A program made the translations under genes and the position numbers. DNA of 62,987 bases, the filler included, from Hyphochytrium catenoides (taxonomy: Eukaryota; Protista; Hyphochytriomycota): assembly GCA_900088475.1 (NCBI GenBank). It is 8 parts of 8 records of this genome, joined end to end, with 100 filler letters (N's around TTAATTAATTAA, not from the genome) between each part and the next. Parts side by side here need not be neighbours in the genome. Positions count along the whole stretch, not along the records: positions 11,681 to 24,559 come from FLMG01002803.1; positions 24,660 to 28,794 come from FLMG01003610.1; 6 more parts are not named here. One strand, 5' to 3'. The notes beneath the pieces are model-generated. The model was not told the origin of the DNA. It did not search any database and was given only the letters and a program-made list of their open reading frames with translations. Positions 14,056-27,670 of the stretch are shown here, piece by piece. Position 1 is the stretch's first letter. Every line of letters begins with the position of its first letter.

Positions 14056-15392
14056 AAGAAGGACAGAGAGATGGAGATATAAAGGCGAGAGAAGCGTAAT
14101 CTTCTTGCTCACCATTTCCGAGAATAGTAGGCACGAGGCCCAGAATAGTGAGTGCCACGAAGACCTCATTGTACTTTAGATTCAGAATCCCACTGTCCTC
14201 CGTCCACCAGGACGGATTCCTGAGAGCGGCATACATGTGCACCGTATACATAATAAAGAGACCCTCGTTGGGTCCGTTGATCGGCGGAAGGTCCAGTCTC
14301 CCTGTGTAATATTCCTCCCACGTAGCGAAGAAGAAGACAACCGCCGCACAGCCGAAGAGAGAAAACGACTAGGACAGAGAGAAAGAGAGAGACAGACAGA
14401 GATGCGAAGAGAGAGAGACAAGTGGGGAGAGAGAGAGAGAGAGAGAGAGAGTGAATGTGTGTGAATGAGAAGGCAGAAGAAGGTAGACCACCAAAGAGTA
14501 GCAGAGAAGACAGTATTGAACAATGAAGAGACCGTAAAGTGGAAGTGGAAATGAGATGGAAATGAAAAAGGAACAGGCAGGCTCGAGACCGTAAAGTGGA
14601 GATGGAAATGAAAAAGGGAACAGGCAGGCTCGAGGAAGAGTGGTAAAAGCGAAAGGGGAATATAAAGAGAGAGAGAGTGTGTGGCAGACAAAAGGAGAGT
14701 CAAAGAGAGAGTGAGAAAGAGGCGAGAGAGCTGCCCTAAGGCATAGCTAAAAGTATATTGGAGAGGGTTATAGAGAAGCCGTGGTAGGGTTACCTTCCAC
14801 GTAGGGCCGAGCTGCAGGGTAGAGGCCATTGTCAGTGCGCTTACAATGACGTTAAAGGCATCACAGCCATGGTCAAACAGCAAGCCTAAAGGACGAGGAG
14901 AAGGGAGAGTCGAGAGAGTAAGAGAGAACAAAGGAGAGAAGACGATATATGTAAGACCAAGAGTGAACGAAGCACGTGTAGTTAGAAGTTATCCCAAAAG
15001 AGAAGGAGAGAGGGGGAGAGAGAGAGAGAGAGAGACAGAGACAGAGAGAGACAGAGAGAGAGAGAGAGAGACAGAGAAAGGGAGGGATAGAAGAGAAGAT
15101 AGCCAGCCGGCAATTAACGGACGGAACGAGCCACTGAGGCACTTAAGGGAAGAGGTTGAAGTTCTACCACGTAGGGGCAGAGAGAGAAAAGAGATGAGTT
15201 ACAAAAAAGAAAAGAGACTGACGGCAACAAAGGAGAAGATAGGTACCGAGGGGCGAAGCGTTCCCTGTCTTTCTCGCCTGTTTGCCGTCCGCAACATCTA
15301 ATATCTAAGTTAAGGAAGAGATCCACCGGCATAAATAAGATGTGCCAGCATTTTTAGCACTTCAAGCCCCCTTTTTATGTTTCTCTCTCTCA

Positions 15393-15437
<45 letters not shown>

Positions 15438-16396
15438 TTTCTTATTCCTTGTTGGGTGAGTGACGTGGTATTGTCGAGCCCTGACTTACCTGATAGGTGA
15501 AGAGAGAGAGAGATGACAAGAGGTAAACCCAAGAAGGAGCGATGCCTTCCATTAATGGGCAGTACCTTAACAGAGCAGGAAGAGAGAGAGAGAGATGAGA
15601 GTGGGCAAAAAAAGAAAGAAAGAGAGGGCTGAGAGGAGGAAGAGAGGGTAATAGCGGGAGAAACAAAGAGGGAGAGAGAGGGAGAGGAAGAAAAGAGAAA
15701 AAGAAAGGCAACGACCAACTACGAAAGGGAAAGAGAGAGATCATGGAGCGCGGTTAGGTTTGTCTAAGGTAGCTGTCTGTGACGAGGATGGCAGGAGAGA
15801 GACGTACAAGAGCATGACAGGAGAGAGACTTACAAGAGCATGACTATGTGGGAGAAGATGACAAGGCCTAGTCCTGAGACCGTGATGGTATTCGGCGCCT
15901 AGCATGTGAAAGGGAGGAAGCACGTAACCCTCTTAGAAGATAGGGACAGGGGAACAGCCCCTATCTATCCCTTAACCAAGCAAGAAGAAGAAGCAGAAAA
16001 AAGAGAAAGGAGAAAGAAAGAAGAAAGAGTGAGAGTAAGAGAGAGAGAGACAGANNNNNNNNNNNNNNNNNNNNNNNNNNNNNNNNNNNNNNNNNNNNNN
16101 NNNNNNNNNNNNNNNNNNNNNACAGAGAGATGGCAAAAAGGAAGGCGGGAAGGGGGGGCAGGGGGGTTCCAGAAAGAGAGGGGGAAACCATAAGAAAGGA
16201 GGGAGACAGAGACAGAGAGAGAGAGAGAAACGGATGGTTCCTCTTAACCTACCAGCCACTCGGGGATCAGATGGTCCACCAAGAACTGGGCACTGGGCGA
16301 GACGATGTACTTGTAGAGCAAGGACGCGTCGGATCCCGCGTACTTATAGTCTAAGACATGTTTCCCGCCCACCTCGGAGATGTAGGTCAACCTCAT
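12189..16396 (-). CDS. Choline/ethanolamine phosphotransferase (CDP-alcohol phosphatidyltransferase, CEPT/AAPT-like), ~10 exons
   Basis: Spliced translation MRLTYISEVGGKHVLDYKYAGSDASLLYKY...PEWL|APNTIT...YQ|ILDVADGKQARKTGNASPLG|LLFDHGCD contains the full DGxxARx8GxxxDxxxD motif. It continues WEEYYTGRLDLPPINGPNEG and ends ...LNISCFKVK...FKS*. Confidence 0.93.
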
Positions 16397-16822
16397 CGTC
16401 CCGAGTCGTTTAGATATAGAGAGATCCGAGGTCAGTCTTTCTTCCTCTCTTCCCTGTTGGTTGCAGGAACCAAATGACCAGCTGGCATTTGGCAGAGACC
16501 GTCAGAACTTTACAGAGCTTGCATTCTGAAGCTCCAATATTGTACTGGAGTAATAATGAGAACTGCGATGAGTATCTTTCCAGGCGTGTGAGATTCTCTC
16601 TCTTCTTCCTCCTTTTACACTCTCTCTCTCTCTCACCCTCTCTCTCTCTCTCACTATCTCTCTCTCTCTGTCTCTCTCTCTCTGTCTCTCTCTCTTCCTC
16701 CTCTCCCTCTCTCTCTCTCTCTCCCTCTTCTCTCCTCTCCCTCTCCCTCTCTCTCTNNNNNNNNNNNNNNNNNNNNNNNNNNNNNNNNNNNNNNNNNNNN
16801 NNNNNNNNNNNNNNNNNNNNNN

Positions 16823-16855
<33 letters not shown>

Positions 16856-18032
16856 CGCGCTCTCGCTTTCGCTCCCTCTCTCTCGTTTTCACTCTTGCTT
16901 ATTCTCTCTCTTTCTTTTGCTCTCTGTTTCCCTTGGCCTCTCTTTCTCTTTTCTCACTTCAAGATTACCGTTACCGGGTCCACAATGGGTCCAGCCTTCC
17001 AGCTTGTACAGCTCCTGGAGGAGATCTGAAATAAATTTTGGTCTTATTTCCTTGTATTGGTGTGTATTACTACTTTCACAGACTTACCCTACCGGTCAGC
17101 TTAGCGCTCATGGGTAGCGGCGTATTACTACGGGTAAAGGAAAGTGAAGCCCTTCTCGTATTACTACCCACATCGAAGGGTATTGATTAGCAGGGTTGAC
17201 AGGTGCCTATTATTATGGAAGTAAGATTATCAACAACGGAGTCAGAGAAGGAAAGAGAGATGGGGACGAGAGCGAAATACAAAGATAGAGCCCCAACATT
17301 TGAGACAAAATAGACAGAGGTACTAGACGGACAAACAGAGAGAACAGAGAGACCTAGCCTCGAGAGAGGAGTCCGTACAAGTATAAAAGATGGACACGTG
17401 ACGAGACAGAGTCTCCTAAACAAAAACAAAGCGAGATACTGCTTGGGGGCGAAGAAACATTACCTCCTAGACAGAGCACCATTGAGATACCACAATGGCT
17501 CGCATAGTGTATTTACATTGGGGAGACAGAGTTTGTGAAAGAGAGAGAGAAAAGCAAGAAAGAAGCTTCACTTCTCTTTTTCCGGAAGTTGCCTTTGTCT
17601 TTCTTCTTTCTTCTGCTCTCTCTCTCTCCCTGTCTCTCTCCCTGATAATCCGCGATAACGAACAGAGAAGAAAAAGAAGCGCAGAAAGATCGATGTGACT
17701 TGAAGCTTTGCACTGCGGAGACAGAGCAGGCAGCAAGGCTTATAAAGAAGAGAGAGAGAGAGGAGAAGAGAGAAGAAAGAGACATTGCCTGGGAGAGTAG
17801 AGAGCCCAAGACACCAAAGGAGAGCAGCAGTGAAAGAGAAAGAGAGACAGAGACTGAGAGAGAAAGAGAAGATTGAGAGGATCTTTTCGGCGGTAACCTC
17901 CATTCCTCGCTAGGAAGGTAAAGGCGTCAGAGGAGAGGCGATAGGCGCGGGAGCGAGAAGGGGATTGCGCCAGAGTAAAGCAAAGTAGACTCATTTTAGA
18001 AAGAGACAGAGAGAGAGAGAGACACGGTCATC
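16397..18032. promoter_or_regulatory. Divergent intergenic region between CEPT (-) and ATG18 (+), possibly a bidirectional promoter
   Basis: Head-to-head start codons ~1.6 kb apart; no specific motif identified. Confidence 0.45.
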
Positions 18033-19285
18033 ATGAACCTCAGTCGCGAGCAGCAGAACGAGCTTCTCTTCGTTGGCTTCAACCAGGACTATGGTGCGCT
18101 CTTGGACCTCTTTGACTTCATCCTCTCTTTGCCTTTCTCTTGCTGATCTTTCTCGCTGTCTCCTTTGCTCAAGCATAGCAATCTATCTTCTCCTCCTTCT
18201 CTGTCTGGTTTTCTCCAAGTTCTATGGACAAAGTCTCCTTCCGAGCACAATCATTCTCTCTCTCTCCTCTCCGGCTCTCTTGACGGTTTGCTAGTCTTTT
18301 TCCTCTTCTGTTTCTTGCGCTTAAGGATCCTCCCTTTCTCCCTTTGTCTTGCTCTCCGCTGCCTCTCTGCTCTCAGGCTGCTTTGCATGCGGCACGGACT
18401 CAGGCTTCCGGATCTATAACTGCGATCCATTCAAGGAGACTTTCCGAAGAGGTTAGATTCTAATCTCTCTCTCTCACTCTCTCTCACTCTCTCTCTCTCT
18501 GCTTGGCTGTCTTTTTGCCTCTCCCTTGCTCTCACCATCGCTCTACTCGCTGTGTACCTCTTTGCGATGGTGCTTCCTTTTCTGTTAAGCTTATCTCTCC
18601 TTGCTCCACTATTTCATGCCACGTCTCAGCTCCATCTATTTTCCTGTCTCTCTTCACCCTTCCTCCCTCTTTTCTTGCTCTTTCTCCGATTCCTTTTCTC
18701 CTTTCTTGCTTGATGTCTTCGCTCTCACCCACACATACGCATTCTTTCTCTATCGTCTGATCAGAACCTGGTGCTCGTTCCTACCTGCTGCTCACTCTTT
18801 CTGCCTCTTCTTTCTTACCAAAGTCCCCCTCCTCTCTTCAATAGCTCTCTCTCTCTCTCTTTCTCTCTGTTCTCCTAACGTCCTCTTTTCCCTGACTCTT
18901 CCTTTCTTCCTTCTCCCTTTCTCTCTCCTTTAGACTTCCAGAATGGCGGGATTGGCATAGTGGAGATGCTCTTCCGTTGTAACATTCTCGCTCTGGTTGG
19001 AGGAGGAAGAAACCCGCGTTATCCTCCTAACAAGGTGAATCTCATGCAGAGAAGAGAGAGAGATAAAGAGATCAATTTGGAGAACGTAACTGAAGGGTTG
19101 GACGGGAGAGAGAGAGAGAGAAAGTAGAAAGAGATAGATGACAGAGCCAAACCAGTCGTCTACCTCAGAAGGGAGCTCCCGATCCCCTTTCTCCTCCTTT
19201 GACTCTTACACCTAAAGAACCTCTCTCACTCGTCTTCGCTCTTCTCTCCCTTCTCTTCCTCAAATGTGATCTCTCTGACGCTATC

Positions 19286-19336
<51 letters not shown>

Positions 19337-20671
19337 GGTCTACCTCTTTCTCATCTCTCTCTCCGTTCTCTCTCTCTCTGGAGTGCAGGTGATGATCTGG
19401 GATGACCACCAGAATCGCTGCATTGGAGAGCTCAGCTTCCGCAGTGAAGTGAAGAATGTGAAGCTTCGGAGAGACAGAGTCGTCGTTGTTCTCCAGAAGA
19501 AAGTTTATGTCTACAACTTTGGTGAGCTTGTGAAGCCCACCTCTCTTTTTCGCTCTATTTCTCCCCCTTTCTCTCTCACCTCGCTATGTTGCTGTTCATT
19601 CTGTCTCTCTTGACCTCTCCGCACCTCTTTCCCTTCTCCTTCTTCCCTTTTCTCTCTCACTCTCTCTCTCTCTCTCTCTCTCTTATGCCAAAGTGTTTAT
19701 TTAGAGAGTCTTGGTCTTCCTCAGGATCCTTTTTGTTCTTTTAACTAACCAACTAGCTCGTCAAACGCGATCCGTCACTTCTTCTTCTCTTATTATTAGT
19801 AGGCTTACGTCGTACTCTTTTCTCTCTCTCTCTCTGTCTCTCACTCTCTCTCTCTGTCTCCCTCTCTAGCTGACCTGAAGCTGGTGGACCACATCGAGAC
19901 CATTGACAACCCCAAGGGCTTGTGCTCTCTCTGTCCGAACAGCGCGAACACGGTGCTGGCCTGCCCTGGTGTTTCTAAAGGAACAGTGAGAGTGGAACTT
20001 TATGATATTAGAAAGACAACTCTCGTGTCTGCCCACGAGGCAGAACTCTCTCAGGTGAGGAAAGAGCGTCTGGGAGGAGGGAGGAAGAGATGAGAGAGAG
20101 GAGACAGAAAGAGAGAGAGTGATAGTGGTGTGGTATCGATGCATTCTTTTTTCTCCCTCTTTCCGCCCGCCTACTGACACTCACACTCTGTTTCACCTGA
20201 TACTCTTCCTCTCTCTCTCTGTCTCTCCCTTTCTCTTTTTCTCTCTCTCTGTGTCTTTTTCTTCGTCTTCTTCTTCTTTCATCTTTCTTCGTCGTCTTTC
20301 CTCTTGCTGTTTGTAGATATCTCTAAGCCTGGAAGGAACGAAACTGGCTACTGCTTCGGATAAAGGGACACTGATCAGGGTTTTTGATACTCAGACGGGG
20401 CAGCTGCAGCAGGAGCTCAGGTCTGTCGCTTGGGCTGTGTAGATGTAGACGAGGAACGGAGAGGGAGAAAGACACACGCACACACAGAGTAGAGAGAGAG
20501 AGAAAGAGAGAAAGAGAAATACGGACAGAGAGGGAGAAAGAGGAAGTTCGGCTGGTGAGGAGATGAGCAGTTTATGCAGAATGTCATAGTAAAGAAGGAG
20601 AGGCAGGCTTATTGACGCCTCCCAGTCACCGGATGTCTTGCCTGGCTGATTATACTCACTTCATCTCGCGC

Positions 20672-20709
<38 letters not shown>

Positions 20710-21044
20710 CTCATTCAAATGGTGTATGCAATGTGCCATTGTTTCCTGATCGCTCTCTCTCTCTCCATCAGGCGTGGGGCTGATAGGGCTGAGATCTACT
20801 CTATCTGCTTCAGTCCAAATGGTCAATATCTGGCTGCCAGCAGCGATAAAGGGACAGTCCATGTCTTCGTTCTCTCTCCCGGAGGAGGCTCTATGGTCAT
20901 GGGAGAGCCCAGACCCTCTCCCTTACCTTCTTCGTATGTCTAATCCCTGTTCTTCTGCGTCCATCTCTCGCTGCCCCCGTTGTCATCTCTCATCTGACGT
21001 CATTTCGCATCGCTTGTCTTGTCTTCGCCCCCTATTCTCTTTTT

Positions 21045-21076
<32 letters not shown>

Positions 21077-21912
21077 TCTTCTTCCTTTCGCTCTCTTTTT
21101 CCCCTTCTCTAGCACATAGAGTATGTCGATCGCTCTGATCTTGCGCTCCTCCTTCCTGGTCCTTCGCTTCTACCAGTCTCTCTCTTTTCCCTACCAGTCT
21201 CTATGCTTCTCTCTCCCCAATGGTTCTTCTTACTTGGACCTCTTCTAACCACTTAACTAATTCAGAAGTATGGAGATGACCTACCCTGGAGAAAACAAGG
21301 CAGACGAGAGCGAGAACTCAAAGTCCAGGTAGCACGCTCTCCGTGTCTTCCTTCCTCGTACTGCCCTCTCGCTTTTTCGACTCTTTCATCTCTCTTATTG
21401 CTCTTCTCCTCTCTCTCTCTCTCTCTCTGTCAGTCACTCATATCATTGTCGACAGCTTCTTATTATTCCTTGCTCAGTCTCCTACGCAGAAAGTAGGGAA
21501 GCCCCTGGTTTTTCACATCTGACCTATTTGTCTCTTTCTCTTCTCTCTCTGTCTCTCTCCTCGAATTCGTCTCTTCTGGCAGCCTTTCCTTTATGAAAGG
21601 ATTGCTCCCCAAGTACTTCAGTTCAGAATGGAGCTTTGCCCAGTTCAGAATCCCGGAAACGAGGTGCGGTTTCTCCGTCTCCTTTCTCTCCGATCATGAG
21701 TTCTCTCTGTTCTCTCTCCCTGCGTTCTTCTTCTAAGTTTTTGCAAGCAGGAGAGCGAGAAAGTAATAATCGTCTTCACTCTCCTTTGGCCTTTCTAGCT
21801 TTCTCTCTTACTCGTGTCTCTGATTTTGCGCCTCTTCTCTCTTTCTCTTTTCTTTTCATTCTCTTCTTTAGGACCATCTGCGCCTTTGGTAGCGAGAAGA
21901 ACACTATTATCG
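18033..21912 (+). CDS. ATG18: ATG18/WIPI3(WDR45B)-like PROPPIN WD40 protein; 10 exons seen, last exon not resolved (may lie in the N gap at 22203-22250)
   Basis: Spliced motifs FVGFNQDYG|[60 protein letters not shown]|RG (LRRG phosphoinositide motif), [24 protein letters not shown]. Confidence 0.95.
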
Positions 21913-22429
21913 GTAAGGTTTCTCGCCTAAGGCCACTTCCTTCTCTCTCTCTCTCTTCTTTCTTCTTTCCGTTCATCTCCTTTCCACTGTCTCATCTCTC
22001 TGTCTCTCTTGCTGTCCCTCTCTCCTTCAAATATCTCTAAATGATTCTAAATCCCTCTCTCCTTCAAATATCTCTAAATGATTCTCTCTTTCTCTGTCGG
22101 TTCTTTCCTCATTCTCTCTCTCCCTTTTTCCAGTAAAGTCTATTGACAGCTTTATCCTCCCCGCTGTCTAGCTTGGAATACTTACTCTAACACCACCCTT
22201 CANNNNNNNNNNNNNNNNNNNNNNNNNNNNNNNNNNNNNNNNNNNNNNNNCGGTCTGTCTCTCTCCTATCCTTCCTTTGGACTTGAAAACTCGATTTTTC
22301 TCTTTCTCTCTCTCTGTCGTTCTCTCTTTATCACCATCTTTTTCAGCTTTTGCCTTGGCCAGGTAGGTCGTGGTTTGTTATAATAAACGCTTGATAAATA
22401 TTACAGATAGGAATAAGAAAAATAGCGCA

Positions 22430-22461
<32 letters not shown>

Positions 22462-22709
22462 ACTCTCTCTTTGTATCTTTGTCTGTTTCCTCCTCATCCC
22501 ATGAGGTCCCAAGCCAACACCGTTAATTCCCTTTCTCTTCTAGTACAATATTTGCTCCTAGAGCACTGAAGTTGTACGAGAGAGAGAGACACATGTGCTT
22601 AAGCAGCAGCGTCTAGCCTTTCTCGCTCTCTTCTTTTGAGGTTTCGCTCTCTTGTACTTCTCTTCTCTCTCTCTCCTTTCTGGTTTCTTTTGGTCTTTCC
22701 GATTCTGAT

Positions 22710-23599
22710 CTATAAGACTCCTCTCTTCTTGAAGATGTAGAGGATGGAGGAAGAGATGACGGAAAAGACGAAGAGCACGATGACAATTAAGCGGTGGAAG
22801 ACGTTTGGACTCTCAATATTGCCAAACATCTTCCCATTCTCCTGCTGATGGACGTTCATGCCTGAGAGAAGAGAGAGAGAGAGAGGCACAAAGAGAAAAA
22901 GAACACAAGTGTTAGGAGGGGTGGCAGTCACCAAGAAGGAAAGAGTGGAAAAACAGGCTGAAGAGGTTTCCTTCTATCTTTACACTTTATATTCTTCCTC
23001 CCTCTCTCTCTCTCTCTCTGTCTTTTCTTCCATCTTCGCAGTTTCTCTCCATACGTGTGACTCTTTTCCTTTCTCTCCCTCTTTTACCTTCTCTCTCCCT
23101 CTTTCTTTCTCTTTCTCTCTCGCTTCTTCCCTCTCCTACGCTCTGTCTTCTCAATCTATTTCGTTCCTCTTTCTTTTTTCTCCCTCTCCATCTCTTCGCA
23201 ACACGTCTCTTCACATCTCTTCGCGCCTTCCCTCATATACTCTTTCTTTCCCCCCGCTCTCTCTCTCTCTCTCTGTCTCTCTCTCTGTTTCTCTCTCTCT
23301 CTCCTATCTCGGTCTTCCTTACCAAAGCTCCCCGTGATGATGCTGACGGCCGTGAGTCCCATACTGAGCACATTATAAATCAGCGTCAGCTTTATCAGAT
23401 AATTCCGTGCATAATCGAGACGGAGCTCGACTAGATCCTCCGTATCGTGAATCGCAAGCTTCAGCAAGCGGATCCGGGATTGGACGCTCTGAATATCTGA
23501 CAGGTACGCCTCAACCATCAGCTCAGAGGCCGTGGTGGCGGATGGATCGGAGCCATTGGAGCGGTCCTCATAGGCCTGAGGGTTCTCATAAAGCTGCGG

Positions 23600-23638
<39 letters not shown>

Positions 23639-24277
23639 GAGAGAGAGAAAAGAGAGAGAGAAAAGAGAGAAGAGATGAGAGATGAGAGATGAGAGAGAGA
23701 GAGAGAGAGAGAAAGCGAGAGAGAAAGAGAAGAGAGAGAAGAGAGAAGAGTGAGAGAGAGAGAGAGAAAAGAGAAAGAAGAGAGAGAGATTGAGTAGATG
23801 TGTGTGGATAGCGAGAGAGAGTCTGCGTGAGGACCAGAAGAGCAACGAAACCTAGAGGTACTCTGGGGGAGCAGTCTTTAGGGGAAAAGAGAAAGAGCGA
23901 GAGAGAAAGAGAGGGGAGATTTCACTCACCTCACTAAGGTACAGAAGAGCTAAGCTCTCTGTACTGTCTAACACCGTGTTCAGCGCTTCAATCGCCACTT
24001 GTGTCTAAGGGACAGACGAGGCAGAGATGAAGAGAAGACGCCGTGAAAAAGAGTGACAGCAGAAGAAAGGGAGAGATGTGGCAAGGAAACTAGGCAGACA
24101 GGATTTAGAGAGAGAGAGAACTCTAGGAGAACCTACTCGTCCCTTTACCTTTTTCTCTCTTCTGCTTTCAGTCTCTCTCTTTCCTGTTCGTCTCCTTCAT
24201 TTCTGCCTCTCTTCATCTCTTGCCTCGGTTCCCTCCCCTAACGATTTCTTTAGTCTCTCTTTTTCCCCCCTTCTCTT

Positions 24278-24311
<34 letters not shown>

Positions 24312-24498
24312 TTCTCTCCTCACCTTAGCCTCTAGCGCTGTGGCTGCCTCCATATGCTGCTTGAGTCTTCCCACCTTGTCTGCCTTGAGAGTCTTTACTC
24401 TCTGCAAGCTCTGCAGTGAATTCTGCACGGCGGGCTCCATCTCCGCCAGCAGACGAGTCAGCTCCTTCACTAGAAGAGAAAGAATCACCTCGTACGCT
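22710..24498 (-). CDS. MRS2/CorA-family Mg2+ channel, 5'-truncated at contig end
   Basis: Exons ~24498-24324, ~24005-23930, ~23595-23322 and 22861-22710 give ELMVEAY...IHDTEDLVELRLDYARNYLIKL...ITGSFG|MNV (GMN signature), then a second TM helix and KKRGVL*. Confidence 0.88.
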
Positions 24499-24502
24499 CT
24501 AA

Positions 24503-24534
<32 letters not shown>

Positions 24535-24559
24535 GGAGGGGGAGAGAGAGAGAGAGAGA

Positions 24560-24659
24560 NNNNNNNNNNNNNNNNNNNNNNNNNNNNNNNNNNNNNNNNN
24601 NNNTTAATTAATTAANNNNNNNNNNNNNNNNNNNNNNNNNNNNNNNNNNNNNNNNNNNN
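24560..24659. other. Artificial contig linker
   Basis: Same 100-nt N-TTAATTAATTAA-N pattern. Confidence 0.98.
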
Positions 24660-24826
24660 GGCGCCGCTCTTCAATCATTACCCCCATTTGATCTGTGCTA
24701 CAATCTTTCCTAAAGAGCACAGAAGAAGAAAATTATTGGCGCTTTCTTGCTCTCACCTTTGCTCTTTGCACCGTTGAAAGGTCATTCTTAGAGTGTGGGT
24801 GTAGAAGCCGATACAGCCAGGGATCG

Positions 24827-26202
24827 ATGAAGTCGTCGGTTCTAATAGCTCAAGAGCGGGCCCTCATAAGGAGGCTAGGGAGTGCTGGCTTAGCTCTTGT
24901 GTTGTTGGTGGTGCTGCAGCTTTCTTCATCAGCAAGTGCGGAAACAACTCCACGACATCATCTCCCCCCACCGTCAGCAGCGGAGCAGCATAACTTTGGT
25001 GAAGTCGTCATAGTAGGATTGGTCAGCGGGAACCCGTTGGCCAGCCGCCGAAGGGGCAGTGACCTCCACCACCGCGCTGCTACTAGCTTTATGTCATGAT
25101 GTCTCTAGAAAAGAGGCGTTTGAAGGGAGATCATGAAGATGATGATAACGACAGCATTTGCGAGCTCAGTGTCGCTACAGCAGCTTCAGATGAGATTGGA
25201 GCAACAACGGCGCATATTCAGGACCAAGAGTGTGAGGATGGCTACAAGCAAGCCGTGGCGGTGTGTGACAAGGATCCTGACGCCGTCAAAGGTTATTTGC
25301 GCTTCAACAAGCGTCTTATCACTGAGGACGGCAAGGTTTACGATGAGCAGTACCCAGCCAAACTTCCCTGGATTAACTGCTTCACTTGCGCCCCACCAGA
25401 AGCTGTAAAAACGGCAAACTACTTTCCTCTGCAGGTGACAAACCCACCCCCGGAAGACACCCCAGGCATGTGGGCAGGAGAGCTCTTTGACTACTATATA
25501 CGTGGGCCGAACGCAAAAAGATATATCTCTAGGGCCGACCCCCTATCCGGTTCTTCTACTTCCGTGTTTGATGACAGCACTGTTGGCTGCTGCAACAACA
25601 CGTATCCGCCCTCTTCTCGGGGTGAAGATGAGTGTGCGAAGGATTATCAAGTGAAGCCAATGGCAGTGTGCCAGCAGATGGCTGCCCAATGCTTTGAGAG
25701 ATGTGAGGCTGCCAACGCAACTGTTTCGGGAAGCGGGTGTTCCGGCGGGGCCAAGTTCTGTCGAGCCCATAACGTCGTTGAATGGAAAGAGAAATTGCGG
25801 ACGTCCTTCTCGGATAAAGACATAATGGCGACTTACGTCAACAACGAGTTTTATTGCCACTCCAGAGACGGAATCTACTACTCTGCAATATTCGCAAACT
25901 CTTCCCGATCGTACACCCTTGGCCAAAGCAAATGCTGCTTCTTTTCTGGCAATAATGAGATCTTGTTCACCTCATCCTCCGAAGCGGGCAGTCCAACAAC
26001 CGCTGCTGCTGCTACACCTCCTGGCACTTCACCCTCCTCTCATGCTAACGATGATGACGCTAAAGGTCACGCCCCTGCTCACGGTTCAGGCAGCATCAAC
26101 AGAGCTTCCTCTTCGTCATGTTTACACCTCCTGGTGACTCTTCTGATGTTTATATGCTCCTTTGACCGATCTCATATCGTTCTACCTTCTTTGGCCCACT
26201 GA
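24827..26202 (+). CDS. Secreted cysteine-rich, probably GPI-anchored surface protein of unknown family (one inferred 74-nt intron, or a frameshift)
   Basis: A signal-like segment LALVLLVVLQLSSSASA in ORF 24827-25099 joins the 368-aa ORF 25096-26202 if intron 25013-25086 (GTAGGA...CTAG) is removed. The product has ~17 Cys, an S/T/P/A stalk and a hydrophobic C-terminal tail. Confidence 0.7.
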
Positions 26203-27670
26203 CGGGTCTTTTAACTAACATAAGGCGCTTAGAAGATCGAAGACCTTATGTCCGAGATCTAACCATCTCGACGTTAGCCATGGCAGCTAGGCGAAGAAGT
26301 GGATTATAATGATGTCATAACCGCCCTAAACTAATAAAGGCAAGCAGTCTGTGTACATAGTTGTCGGCTTCATGAGGGCTGAACGTGATCTCACTAGAGC
26401 GACCACCTGCGCCCAAAGAAGTGACAGGCATACTACAACGCACTGCTTGAGGCTTTTTTCCTTCTTCCTGAAGTAGCGGTTGTGCTCTTCTCGGTCAGAT
26501 ATTCATCTTCACGACGCTCCATCCTTCTTTTGTGGCATTCTGAAGAATGACCCTTTGCCGTCTGGCCACCAACGTTGTGATACCCCCCGTAGCTTTTTAT
26601 CTTATCTCATGTACCTCTCATCTTATCGCCCTTGTCGCATATGAATGGCCTCATCAGCTGCTATATCTCTGCTGATCTGTGCTTCGCTGGGACGCTAACC
26701 AAGGTTCCTTCTTGGTCCTCCTCATCCTTCCTGATCAGCGTCCTCCATCTTCCTTCTTCTTAAGAGAACCTCCTTCTGCTTGACTTCCAACTGACCACGT
26801 TAAATTTCTTTACGCGCTAAAGATTTGGCTGTTGTCCTGCTGTAGCTCATCTCCTAAAGGCGCAAAAGAAGAAGCTGGAGAAGAGAGGCCGAGAAAGCAT
26901 TTCTCTAGCCTCCACTACTTCCCAATGTATCTGGTGGTGAGCTTCAACAACCATTGCCAAGTGGTTGTTCTTTTAATCGGGACCTTGACGACCCTTGTTG
27001 AGCAAACGAAGCTCCATTCTTCCTCCAAAGATGCCCCGTCCTCTGGTAATGGGGTCTAGCACACGCAGTCCTTGAGGAATGACCGGTCATTTCTCTTATC
27101 AACAGTAACGCCTTCTTATTGAGTCTAATCATATAAAAACCATAGTTTTTCCTCTCATTCTCATGGCGTCTGAAGAAATGGTGGAAGAGTAACCTGCTCA
27201 TCGCAGAGCGGGTGGCGCAATGAGGGAGAAGGAAGGCCATGGTGCAGAAGGAGGATGGAGCGAGCCTTAGTACGTACTGTTAAGGAGGTATTGCTGTTCT
27301 CATCATGCTCCACAGTGATGATTGAATGCATCATGATGCTAGCAGCACAATCAGTCCATCACCATGAAGAGGACGAGGTGCAATTATTCCTACAGAAAGC
27401 TTAACAATCTGCTGTCAGTCAATGACGACAACGGCTCCTATAAGGGCACATAGGATATCAATCTCACTGCTGCTTACAAGCAACAACTCAAACAATGAAC
27501 TATAACATTAACATTCGGATTCCCAGTTGGTACGTTGTAGCAGACAAGAGGCCACCAGCAGGAAAGGCGGAAGAAGAAAGGGATACTCTACACTAGCAGT
27601 GCTGTTCTTCTCTCATTCCAGATCCCCCTTTTGCTGAAGCTACTCACGAAGGGGTCCCCCCGCAAACAGG

